Source: a virus | Taxonomy: Duplodnaviria > Caudoviricetes | Reading direction: 5' to 3' (one strand) | Length of the DNA stretch: 28,792 nucleotides | Virus record (IMG/VR): IMGVR_UViG_3300030095_000137 | Span: 1-28,792 of that record | Shown: piece after piece, positions 1 through 10,400 of the stretch | Numbering within the stretch: the first letter of the stretch is position 1 | How the letters are laid out: each line of letters begins with the position of its first letter | The notes under the pieces: model-generated | What the model was told of the DNA's origin: nothing | What the model saw: the letters and a program-made list of their open reading frames with translations, nothing else | Databases searched by the model: none | Program-made: the position numbers and the translations under genes

Positions 1-618
1 ACTACCACCAAGACTATTAGATCGACTAAAAACTAGAGCTGCTTCTGTAGATGAAGTTGCAATAAGATTTAATGTTCTTGTACTTCCACCACTTGGGTTA
101 GATGTTCCGCCAATAAGTACTCTTCCAGACGAATCTATACGTATACGTTCTGAGCCACCATTATAAAAATTAATGGTTTTACCAGTTTCTTGATTATTGA
201 TAACCATGTTTTCGTTACCATCTAATCCAACTAATATTCCATCACCAGAAGCTTCACCTGTATCATCATTTGTAAAATGAATTAAAGCATTATTATTATT
301 TGGTGAATGTAAAGATAATTCTCTTGTGGGAGTTTGATTTATACCTACGTTTCCAGTACTACCTTGTACTGTCATTAATGTCGAATCATTTACCTGTAAA
401 AAAATATCTCTATTAGCACTTCCAGCGTTTAATCTTAAATCGCTACCGCTAGTGCTTTCAAATAAAGTATTAGATTTTATTTCTCCAGTTGTAACTATAT
501 TTTGAGATCCAAAATCAGGAGAAATCTTTGATCCAGCTATCGCTGCACTTGCATTTATATCTGCGTTTAGCAAGCTGCCATCTTTGACACCATCTGTTGA
601 TACTTGTGTTAATCCCAT
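1..618 (-). CDS. Tail fibre-like protein, 3' truncated by window edge (not in ORF track)
   Basis: Manual translation from ATG at 618 is open to position 1: MGLTQVSTDGVKDGSLLNADINASAAIAGSKISPDFGSQNIVTTG...FYNGGSERIRIDSSGRVLIG. GNVGI and ERIRIDSSG beta-repeats are typical of marine (cyano)phage fibres. Confidence 0.8.
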   Translation of the reverse strand, partial: MGLTQVSTDGVKDGSLLNADINASAAIAGSKISPDFGSQNIVTTGEIKSNTLFESTSGSDLRLNAGSANRDIFLQVNDSTLMTVQGSTGNVGINQTPTRELSLHSPNNNNALIHFTNDDTGEASGDGILVGLDGNENMVINNQETGKTINFYNGGSERIRIDSSGRVLIGGTSNPSGGSTRTLNLIATSSTEAALVFSRSNSLGGS

Positions 619-620
619 AG

Positions 621-920
621 TTAGCTAGGTTTTGGGTACTTGGCTTTGACAGGATCGACTATATCTGTCTTCCACTTTTCTATACCGTTGTGGTATATGT
701 AGTCAAGTTGAGTACCCCAGTCTGGATACTCTCCAATGCGTTTCATTTTATAAGATTCTTTTTCATTTAACCTTGTAAGTTCTGTATTAATTGCAGCTTC
801 AGTAGGTTTAGTACCTGTAATCATTTTTAAGTTTTCATACTTAAAATCTGCACCATCCCATACCCATTCTGAGTCTGGTAAAAGATTGTTTAAAGCGTCA
901 CCTTTTGTGTAGTATTCCAT
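621..920 (-). CDS. Small tail-fibre-associated (assembly/chaperone-like) protein
   Basis: ORF track 621..956. The likely start is ATG at 920 (MEYYTKG), 2 nt after the upstream stop. C-terminal YPDWGTQLDYIYH...VKAKYPKP motif resembles small cyanophage fibre-associated proteins. Confidence 0.7.
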   Translation of the reverse strand: MEYYTKGDALNNLLPDSEWVWDGADFKYENLKMITGTKPTEAAINTELTRLNEKESYKMKRIGEYPDWGTQLDYIYHNGIEKWKTDIVDPVKAKYPKPS

Positions 921-922
921 AA

Positions 923-1384
923 TTAAGTTATCTCCAGAACTGTAATTGAACCGCAAGCACCATAGGATGCTGTACCTAATCCACCAGAGTTTTGTGTTTT
1001 AAAATCAACCGCATAAGTTAATTGCTCAGTTGTACTTGGTTGATCTAAGTAATTACTAAACATTGGTACAAGTGATCTAATACCTCCAGGATTTGCATAA
1101 GCATTTCCAGTATGTAGTTCTGTAGTAGAAGCAGAAGTGTGCTTGTATCTAGTAATGCGAAAACCACTGTTGCTGGCTCCATTATTTTGAGTTCCAGCAG
1201 ATTCTATAATAATTAAAAACTTAGAACTACTACTTGATGGAGTTAATGAAACTGAATGACCTGTAAGTGATGTATAACTTGCACTAGAGATAGTTGCACA
1301 AAATTGACTTGTTGACATATTTGCAACTTTTCCTAAAGCACCTCCACTAGAAATACTTGTGCTATCACCAAAATGTATCGTCAT
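923..1384 (-). CDS. Short tail-fibre-associated / receptor-binding-like protein
   Basis: 153 aa, S/T/G-rich with LTPSSSSSKFLII...YLDQPSTTEQLTYAV...SITVLEI, a pattern common in cyanophage fibre tip proteins. Coupled to the upstream gene by a TAATG overlap. Confidence 0.65.
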   Translation of the reverse strand: MTIHFGDSTSISSGGALGKVANMSTSQFCATISSASYTSLTGHSVSLTPSSSSSKFLIIIESAGTQNNGASNSGFRITRYKHTSASTTELHTGNAYANPGGIRSLVPMFSNYLDQPSTTEQLTYAVDFKTQNSGGLGTASYGACGSITVLEIT

Positions 1385-4383
1385 TATGATACCTCCGTTA
1401 AAGCAAACTTATACTTCTTGCCATTGCGTTTGTTCACTAAGAAAAGATCCTCTGCTCCTTCTTGTATAGTATAACTTCCCCAAGTTCCGTCAACATCATT
1501 AGATGAACCTTCGTTAGATAAGTTAAGGTCATTGGTGTAGATGTTTCTCCAACGGTATGATGAATTACCTAAATCATAAGTATTATTAGCTGCTGGTTCC
1601 CAATGGCCATCACTACGAATTGTAACTCTATGAGTTCCATTTGTTCTAAACTGAAGATCAGAGTTAGTGCTAGAACCACCATTTACAATTTCTGCACTTC
1701 TATTAGCGTTAGAGTTTTGAAGTTGTAGTTGGTTTCCATCATTAATAACAAAATTACCATTAACTCTTGCACCGCTACTTGTAGTGGTGATCTTCATTGA
1801 GTTGTCGAAATATAACTCTACGGCTCCATCTGGTATAAATTTAGCCATATTCTCATCACCAGTAGATTTGAGAATTTCTACATTGTTATTAGCTTTTACT
1901 GTTAATTGATTCTCACCTTGTATATAGAAATGTCCAGTAGCATTATTTATGACTGAATCTGTTCCATTGTGATAGATCTGTAAATCTCCATTACCAAATT
2001 TTAAACGACCACTTGCTGATCCAGTACTGTCTCCTATATCAATATTAAAAGCTTGACAATCTAAAGCACCGCCTAGCTGTGGTGATGTGTCATTTACCAG
2101 ATCAGTAATAACACTTTCAAACGTAGGGTCAGCACCATTATTAGCTCTTAAAAACTTTCCGTTATTGCTAGATGTACCATGTTCTAATTTTGCTAAAGAT
2201 ATAGAATTATCTGCTAATTTAGAACCTGCTATCGCTGCACTTGCGTTTACGTCAGCGTTAACAATAGCTCCATCAACTATTTTTGCACTTGTTACTGTGT
2301 TGTCGCTTGGAGTACCGATACTTACAGAAGCACCAATAGTAACGATAAAGAAATCAGCACCACTAGCAGGGGCAGAACTAAATACAATGTTTGCGCCATC
2401 AAGAGCAAATCCTTCACTAGGTTGGCCTGTCCCAGTATTAGGTTTTTGTATTACACCTGCAATACTTACAAGCATTTGCTGAGCAAACTGACCTGCATTA
2501 CTTAAGGTAAATTTATAAGCAGCACCATTAAACGTTGCGCTATTACCACCAGTACCACTAAAACTGCTAATAGTATTTATAAAGAAATTACCAACAGATT
2601 GAGTTTCTTCCCATGCACTACTTACTGCGTTATAAACTAAAAGTTTTCCGCTTGCTTGGTTAAAAAATAAATCACCACCATTTAAACTACTAGATGGATT
2701 GTTACCAGTATTATCTGTTCTGTACCTTTCTGCAAAAGAGTTAACACCACTTAAATTAGTCGCAACAGTATTAACATTTGCAATACTACCGCCTACGTTA
2801 TTTACATTTGTTATCGCACCAGCAACGGTATTAACGTTTGATGCGTTACCTGCTACTGAAGTTACGTTGCTTGCAATACCTGCGACTGTATTTACGTTTG
2901 AAATTGCATTACCAACATTATTTACGTTGGCAATGTTAGTTGCAACTGTATCTATTTCAGAAGTTGCTTCATTAAGATCATCAGCAGCAGTGACAACTGC
3001 GTTAATGTTATTAGCTACCGTTTGTAACTTGTTATTGTTTATTTCTGTTGCAACCGTGTTTACGTTAGCTATACCACCGCCAACTGTATTTACATTTGCT
3101 ATTGATCCACTGACATTACTAATATTAGATGCTGCACCTGCAACTGTGTTGATATTACTTGCGTTGCTATTTACGGCATTAATATTGGTCGCATTACCTG
3201 CAACAGCATTTACATTAGATATGCTACCGGCAACACTATTAACATTACTAATAGAAGCCTGTACTGTATTAACTTTAGTTTGGTTCGCATCTGTAAGTTT
3301 TAATAAAACCCATGCAGTATTACCAAGGTCATAAACTTTAGTGACGTTATCAGAAGTATTAAAATATAATGCTCCATCTATAAGTGCATTACCATCATTA
3401 TCAAGAGTAGGATCAGAAGATTTTGCACCTAGATATCTATCATCAAAAGTATCTAGTGCTGTTTCCGCTGCGGTCTTGGCAGTTTCTGCTGCTGTTTGTG
3501 CAGTTTGCGCTGCTGTTTTTGCAGTGTCTGCTTGAGTTGCTTTTGTAGTTGCTGTAGAAGCAGAGCTTGCTGCTGACGTTGCACTACTTGCTGCTGCGGT
3601 CTGGCTTGATGCTGCTGCTGTGGCAGAACTGGCTGCTGCCGTGGCTGACGATGCTGCGTTTGTTGATGATGTTGTTGCTGTCGCTGCGTCTACAATAAGA
3701 TCCCAGTTTGCAGAGTTAGTATTAGTTGTTAACGGTTGTGATCCAGAAGATGTATGTGCTGTATTACAAAAGAAAATATTATTAGTAGAAGTATCCTTTA
3801 CTAAATCCCTTACAACATAAGCACGACTTGCTGTCCAGTTTCCTCTGTATGTACCTAGTTCTTGTAATACTTCAAATTCACCTAAATTATCAAAACCTAG
3901 AACTTTATTTGCACGAGTTGCAGCATTTTCTGTAATTTCTAAACTACCAATAGTATTGGTTAATGAAAATCTTATAGACCTATCTAGTTCTGTTTGTTGT
4001 TGCTGATGTAAAATTGCTGATTTATCTAGCGCATCATTTATAACTTCTGGAAAAAATCCTCCTTGGTTAGTAAGATCTGTTCCTTGTAAAGATTGAACAG
4101 CAGATGTAATAACAATACTAAAACCACTAGCTAAATTTGAATTATTACCACCTGATTTTAAAGTTATACTTCCACCGGGATTGCTGTTTTGGTCTGCGTT
4201 TAAAGTAACAATGTAATCATTATTTAATCCTAAAGTTAATGTAGTTTCTATACTAGTACTTGCTTCTAATTTTTTTACAACAATATCTGCATCAGTAAAA
4301 ACTTTAAAGGCAAAAGGATATGTATGAGTATTCCCATTCCCAACTAACGAATTCGTCTTTCTTGTAGTCGAATTTATTGTCAT
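1384..4383 (-). CDS. Long tail fibre protein
   Basis: 999 aa. Podovirus fibre anchor at the N-terminus (GNGNTHTYPFAFKVF...LTNQGGFFPEVINDALD), Ala/Thr-rich coiled coil, ~10-aa NVNTVAG repeats, and C-terminal WRNIYTNDLNLSNEG...GTWGSYTIQEG...GKKYKF tail seen in cyanophage fibres. Confidence 0.88.
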   Translation of the reverse strand: MTINSTTRKTNSLVGNGNTHTYPFAFKVFTDADIVVKKLEASTSIETTLTLGLNNDYIVTLNADQNSNPGGSITLKSGGNNSNLASGFSIVITSAVQSLQGTDLTNQGGFFPEVINDALDKSAILHQQQQTELDRSIRFSLTNTIGSLEITENAATRANKVLGFDNLGEFEVLQELGTYRGNWTASRAYVVRDLVKDTSTNNIFFCNTAHTSSGSQPLTTNTNSANWDLIVDAATATTSSTNAASSATAAASSATAAASSQTAAASSATSAASSASTATTKATQADTAKTAAQTAQTAAETAKTAAETALDTFDDRYLGAKSSDPTLDNDGNALIDGALYFNTSDNVTKVYDLGNTAWVLLKLTDANQTKVNTVQASISNVNSVAGSISNVNAVAGNATNINAVNSNASNINTVAGAASNISNVSGSIANVNTVGGGIANVNTVATEINNNKLQTVANNINAVVTAADDLNEATSEIDTVATNIANVNNVGNAISNVNTVAGIASNVTSVAGNASNVNTVAGAITNVNNVGGSIANVNTVATNLSGVNSFAERYRTDNTGNNPSSSLNGGDLFFNQASGKLLVYNAVSSAWEETQSVGNFFINTISSFSGTGGNSATFNGAAYKFTLSNAGQFAQQMLVSIAGVIQKPNTGTGQPSEGFALDGANIVFSSAPASGADFFIVTIGASVSIGTPSDNTVTSAKIVDGAIVNADVNASAAIAGSKLADNSISLAKLEHGTSSNNGKFLRANNGADPTFESVITDLVNDTSPQLGGALDCQAFNIDIGDSTGSASGRLKFGNGDLQIYHNGTDSVINNATGHFYIQGENQLTVKANNNVEILKSTGDENMAKFIPDGAVELYFDNSMKITTTSSGARVNGNFVINDGNQLQLQNSNANRSAEIVNGGSSTNSDLQFRTNGTHRVTIRSDGHWEPAANNTYDLGNSSYRWRNIYTNDLNLSNEGSSNDVDGTWGSYTIQEGAEDLFLVNKRNGKKYKFALTEVS
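2740..3290 (-). repeat. Degenerate ~30-nt (10-aa) coding tandem repeat in the tail fibre shaft
   Basis: Units such as NVNSVAGSIS, NVNAVAGNAT, NINTVAGAAS, NVNTVGGGIA, NVNTVAGIAS, NVNTVAGAIT, NVNNVGGSIA. Confidence 0.85.
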
Positions 4384-4410
4384 TAACTAGACTATTTCAC
4401 TATCTTATTA

Positions 4411-4444
4411 AGGTTACAACTGATTCTTTGTATTACGGTCACAC
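4411..4444 (-). promoter_or_regulatory. Putative late promoter 1 (GTGTGACCGTAA-N16-TAACCT) upstream of tail fibre genes
   Basis: 12-mer at 4433-4444, -10-like hexamer at 4411-4416, intergenic. One of four identical copies with the same spacing. Confidence 0.75.
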
Positions 4445-4445
4445 C

Positions 4446-7400
4446 TTATTCCCTACTTCTGCGACTAGCTTTACCTGTAATTAATGCCCTTATATAATCT
4501 GGTGTATTTTCTGGATCTATTACACCTCTATTAATGTCAAACTGTACACCAACAGGACGGCCTATAGATGTAAAAGGTATACCAGTAGCTAAAGTCATTA
4601 ATGATAATATATCTCTTACATTTTTACCTGTAATTTCTTTATCAGGATCAGCAGCATTGATAAGAGTTCTAGCCGTACCAACCGTTGCTGCTTCTAAAGT
4701 TGAAATAGATGGACTTGTTGTAATACGATCATCATATGGCAAATCGTTAAAAGAATTAAATGGCACAATCGCTATGTTTCCAAATGGTACTAGAGCAAAA
4801 GTAGCTCTAAATTGTGAACCAAAAAACCAACCTGCAACATCGTCTATATATCCGTCTTCATCCTCATCATCTAAATCACCACCTGTTGCTCTAACTATTA
4901 AATCTGCGACAAAAGCTGGCATAGCAAAACCTAATAAATAAGTCATAAACAATTGACCTTTTGTTCCTCGCCATCCCAAATCATTAAATAATTTTTTATA
5001 TTGAGTAGCATTTAAATTTGCAATCATATTAAAATAACCACCAAATTGCACCATAGTTTTATAAAAAGGAGAACCAACTTGAAATGCTGCTAAATCTTCT
5101 GCCTGTAAACTATCCTGTGTTAAACGTACATTTGCATCTGCTTGTTGTATAGCTTCTTTTTGTACTTCTATTTCTGACATAGTTTTTGGACTTTCAGTTA
5201 AAACTTTGTTATAACTAGCAGACCAAACTACACTATCAACTTGATTTTGAAATGCTTGCTGCATAAAATATCCATGCCTTTCTGCCCACTTCTGTACTTT
5301 TTGATATTGATTTGGATTTATTAATAATTGATTTAATGTATCTTGTACATCAAATATTTGATTAAACTGACGTTCTTTCATAAAAGGTGATAGTTCTGCT
5401 ATTTCTTCTTGAAATTGCATTGGATTTTGTACATATTGCGCTAATGAACCTTTTAAATAACTTGGCCCTACCTTTATCATGGCAGGGAAATATCCTGTAA
5501 ATTGCTGCAAACCATTTCTTATATTTGCAAACATAATTCCAACACCAGTACTCGCTCTTACTTTTGTCCAAAATTTATCAAAACCTTTAAACCTACCTGC
5601 TGTCATTGTTGTTTGACGAGCAGAACGATTTAGCCACGGCATCAATGCATTGTCCATTATTGTTGGATCTAATTCTGATAATCTATTCGCAAATGTTTTA
5701 TTTTTTAAAATTTTAAATGTATCTTCTATTGCAGGTTGTACAAATGCAAAACGTAATGCATCATCTATATGTTTAGTCATTATGCGTAAATCTAAAGATA
5801 ATGGCTTGTTATATTCAACTCTTGCTTTTGTAAAACCATTACCAGTAGAAGGTAATGATTGTCTAAATTCACTTCTTAAATCTTCTAGTTTTGCTTTTAT
5901 TTCTGTTTCGCTAACTAAAAAAGGATCTGTTTTTGCTGGTACATAACCACCTCTATATGAACCATATTTGTTAACTATAGGTGTAGCTTCTACTTCTTTA
6001 AAATAATATCCATAAACATCGTTATGTGCTTTCTGTATAAGAGGTTTCATTTGCTCATTAAGATCCCATACCTCTTGTAAAAACGTATAGTCTTTAGCAG
6101 TAAGAATACCTTCACTTTCCATACGAGCTACAAAAGTTTTCCATGCAGTTGTGTTTATAGATCCATCTTCATTAATACTTGCCCAACCTCTACCTAATAA
6201 AAGTTTACGCAAGTTACTTGTATTGCCAGTATGCAACATAGCACCAAGCAATTCAGATTTACCAAAATCACCGTTAGCATTACCAAATGTGTAACCAAAT
6301 TCTCCAGATACAATTTTTCCTTTAGGCATATCTAACTTGGCAAGCATTTGTGAATATTTTTTTGTGTAATTAGCTCTTTCTACTCTGTATTTATTTAATG
6401 CATTTTTTACTGGTCTCCAAATATATCTGGTAAATGCACCTGCTCGCACTTCGTCACGTTCTAAAACTACGCTACCAATTAAACCTTGACCAGTTTTTGT
6501 AGCACCGTCCATGCCATCTGCCCAATGCTCAATACGTCTTACCATTGCTTTACCTTGTTGCATTGCTCTTTTAAAACGTACTCGTGTTCTTGGTGCTGCT
6601 TCAACTCCTACTGGTGTTGGTGTCTCCATTCTTGACATAACACCAACCAATTCATCTACTACTGCTTCTAGCTCTACACGTTTGCCTTCTATAACAACTT
6701 GTTTATCTCTTCTTGATTGATACCATAATGTTTGGATCATTTCGTAAACAGTATCAAATTTTTCACCTGTTAAATCTTTAATGTCTTGCTGCCCTTCATT
6801 TGTTAAGTCTTCTATTAATGGTTTTAGTTGTTCAAACATATCAGGGTTGTATGCTTGTAATTTGTCGGTATATGCTGAAGGTTTATCTACGGCAGGGCCA
6901 AGGCCATAAGCAGCGAGTATTGCTCTAGCAGCACTAATTAAATCCATATTTCTTCTTGTTGCTATTTTTTTATCAGAACCAAATACTTGTTTAAATAATT
7001 TTTGTGCTTTGTCAAATGTTTGATGTATTTCTAATGCTTCTTTAGCTAATTGATTATTTAATAATTGTGATTTTTTGGCTTTTATTGCAGCAAGAGTATC
7101 ACCTTTTTTCATTGCTGCTTCAGCATTTTTTGCAGCTTTTATTTCATTACGACTAAATTGTGATGGCCTTATATCTCTTAATTTTTTTTTAGCTAATAGT
7201 TCTTTTGCAACTTGTTTAGCAGCAGCAACCTGATACCGTACCGGCTGCATAGATTTAGATAAAAAACGTAATTCAACAGATATAAATCTTGCTCTTGCTT
7301 CATTATGTATTGCTTCTTGTACTTGTAACTCTTGTCTTCTTGGATCGGTAAGATTACTAAACTCATTAAGCATACGCTGATCTGTACGTTCCATAACTAT

Positions 7401-10400
7401 TTCCTTCATTGGTCGCATATCTACTAACGCATTTATCATTTCTACTGGATCTTTAAAACCAAACATCTCAGCAACAAGAGATACTGGCATACCCTCTTTT
7501 GCAACCATGCCGTATTTACCAGTACGCAATTTTTTAATTTCTGATGCCATATCATAAAATGGCACTAAATTTTTTAATGATGCTATTTCTATTTTGTGAC
7601 CAGATCCAGCAACAACTCTTTCTCCTTGATCGTTGACAAATTCGCCACGTTTTAAGAATGCTTGTACTTGATATAATTTTTCTTTTTCAATTTTATTTGT
7701 TTCTTCTTGTACTACCTTTTTTCTAGTTTTTTCTACGTCTTTTTGTATATCTTTTAATACTTTACTTTTAGCATTAGATAACCATTTTACTTGTCGCATA
7801 CTAGCTTTTGTTAATTCTTCCATTGATTTATTTTCTGCTGCTTGCATTGCTTGTGTATATTCATTCCATGTTGCATCATCCATTCCGCTTTGTTCTTGAG
7901 TTTGGAACATAGCTTTCATACCGTATATTTCTTCAGCCTGTGTTATTTGTTCTTGACTAGCCAACATTCGATCCATAACACTTCTTATCTCGTCAGTTAA
8001 AATTGGCAAATCTTGGCCGTTTTCTTTTCTATATATAACGTTTAATTCATCTCTTATTGATTTGTATATTCTGCGTAAAAATCTACTAAATCTATTAAAT
8101 ATTTCTTGTAGTTTGGTGTTAGGTGCTTTTCCTTCAAATAAATAAATTTCATAGTTATAAGCAAATGCTTCGTGAAATTTTCTTTTTTTGTCTATAGATA
8201 ATTGATTCCAAGTCTGTGCATCTTTTACTCCAAAGAAATTTAACAAGGTTTGAAAATCATCTGTCTGTTGTTGTGATGCTTGGTCAGACATAGCAATGTC
8301 TTCCATGACAGTTAACATATAATGCGCTGTCTCATGTAAAAACGTAGAAAGATCAGATTCTTGCGTTAAAACTGTAGTTAAAGTTTTAGGATCAAAACCA
8401 CCTCTTATACCGTCAGGATTTGCTTGTTGTAAAAATTCTCCTACTTTTACTTGTATAGACCCTTTAGGTTTTCCAACGTTTAATTTGTAATCTCTTCGTC
8501 CGTTTGGGAACTCATCATCGAGAGCAAGTCGGGTAGGCTCGACCCTGATTGCAACTGCGGTATCACCGTAGCCAGTATCTGTGATTGCTCTGGTGGTAAC
8601 GTAGACATCAGGTTCTCCAGCACTCCTAAGTTGACCTGTGGCTCTAATTTGTTCTGCTGCTCTTCTGTTGGTGTGGTGGTAGACGGTAACTGTTCCGTCT
8701 GCATTAAGGGGGAGTTCTGTGGCTTCGTCAATTCTTCCTTGTTGTTGGAAAGTTCCTCCAACATCTGTGTTATCTCCTCGTCCTGTATCATCTCGTTGTG
8801 TTCTTGTTGCACGCTCATCGGATTGTAACTGTAACTCACTATCAACCTCCTGTAATTTTGTTTGTATAAGATCATTAGTTATGCCTAGTTTAGCAGCAAA
8901 ACCAACAGCAGCATTAGCGTAATCAGGTGCTTCATTATCAGCATAACCTGTTTCTACGGCTGCTTCTTTTAATTTAGCTGAGTCATATAATTTTTTTTCT
9001 GGATACCAAACAAGTGCTTGTAAATCTGCCATCGTAAGATCTGGTTCAGTTTGTTGTAATGTTTCTAATACTTGTGAAAAAACTTTTACAATATTTCTTC
9101 TTTCTGGTGCGCCACTTGGTGCTTCTTTTTGACCATCATTATCTTTAGCTAATAAATTACCTCTTTTACGCAATAAATCACCAAGACTTAATGTCTTATC
9201 ACCTTTTCTAGGCTGACCCATTATGTCTAAAAATATTTGCTCATGCTTAGAATCTTCTGCAAACGTTGCAATTTGTGCCATAGCAACACGATTAGCAGGT
9301 GCGGTAGATGCGTTCTTAATTGCTAAAGCTACGTTATCAATATCACCTAATGTAAGTTTTCTACCTATTATTGTTTCAAATGCTTTTTTTTGTTCTTTTG
9401 TTAATGACCTAATAATTTGTTGTATATGATCACGTTTTATTCTTGCTTGTTTTGTTTTATCTGTAACTAACGTAGCTGTTACACGACCCCATGTACGCAT
9501 CAACCATCTATCCATAGTTAATTGTTCATATTGACCATACAAATTAGCAAAAAATCCATTACCAATTTTTGGCCCTGCTATTGCTGCACCATAAACCATT
9601 TCTGATAAACCATAACCACCACCTACATTTCTACCTGTATATTCTTTTACTTCTTTAACCGTATGCATTGTTCTCATAAATTCTTCTAATTCTGCAAAAG
9701 GTTTTTCTTTTAATAATCTATTCATTGTTTTAAATGCTATTTCCATTGCTTCTCTAGCTTCACCACCTGATTCAAACACTTCTGGTAATGCATTATTTGT
9801 TTTATAAAAAGCATATGCTTGTTCTGCTAATTCAAAATTTTTATCAACTTTTATACCGTTAGATGTAACTGCTAATGCCCATTTAAAAATAAAATTAGAT
9901 TGAACATCAGTAGCAATTTCTGGATGAATTATAGAAAGGACACCTAATGCCTTACTAACTTTTTCGTTATACCAGCCAACAGCATTTGCATTTTCTTGTA
10001 AAGCAAACTGTGCGTCTGCCAATAATGTTTGTACAAGATATTTTTCTGTTTCTACAGTAAATTGCGAAACATCAACTTTAGCTTTTTTAGCTTCTTCCTT
10101 TATACGGTTTTGTATTTCTAGCTTAAAATCACGGTTAGTTGCAAATGGTTTACTACTTGCAAAGTCAAAATTTTCTACAATTCGTGCTATTTGAAATACG
10201 GCCTGTGGTATTGGTTTACCTTTTTTTTGTTTACCTCTCTGTGCCAATATTTCTTGTACTTGTTGTTTATATATGTTTGCTATCTCTGTATTCCATGTAC
10301 CGCTATTTATTGTTGATTTAACTGCTTTATTATCAAATACAACTATTTCGTTACCATCAAGTACAGGCATAATTGCACCGTCATATCCTTCTGCTATAAG

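Noticed and set aside
921-956. ORF-track start at 956 for the 111 aa ORF
   Set aside because: It overlaps the upstream gene; the ATG at 920 just after the upstream stop fits the tight gene packing better.
2087-3820. Plus-strand ORFs (131, 211, 64, 66 aa) opposite the tail fibre
   Set aside because: Antisense shadows of the repetitive, codon-biased fibre gene; no SD and low-complexity hydrophobic translations.
1-4383. Diversity-generating retroelement expected by analogy to BPP-1
   Set aside because: No reverse transcriptase and no TR/VR pair differing at adenines is visible here; one could still lie outside the window.
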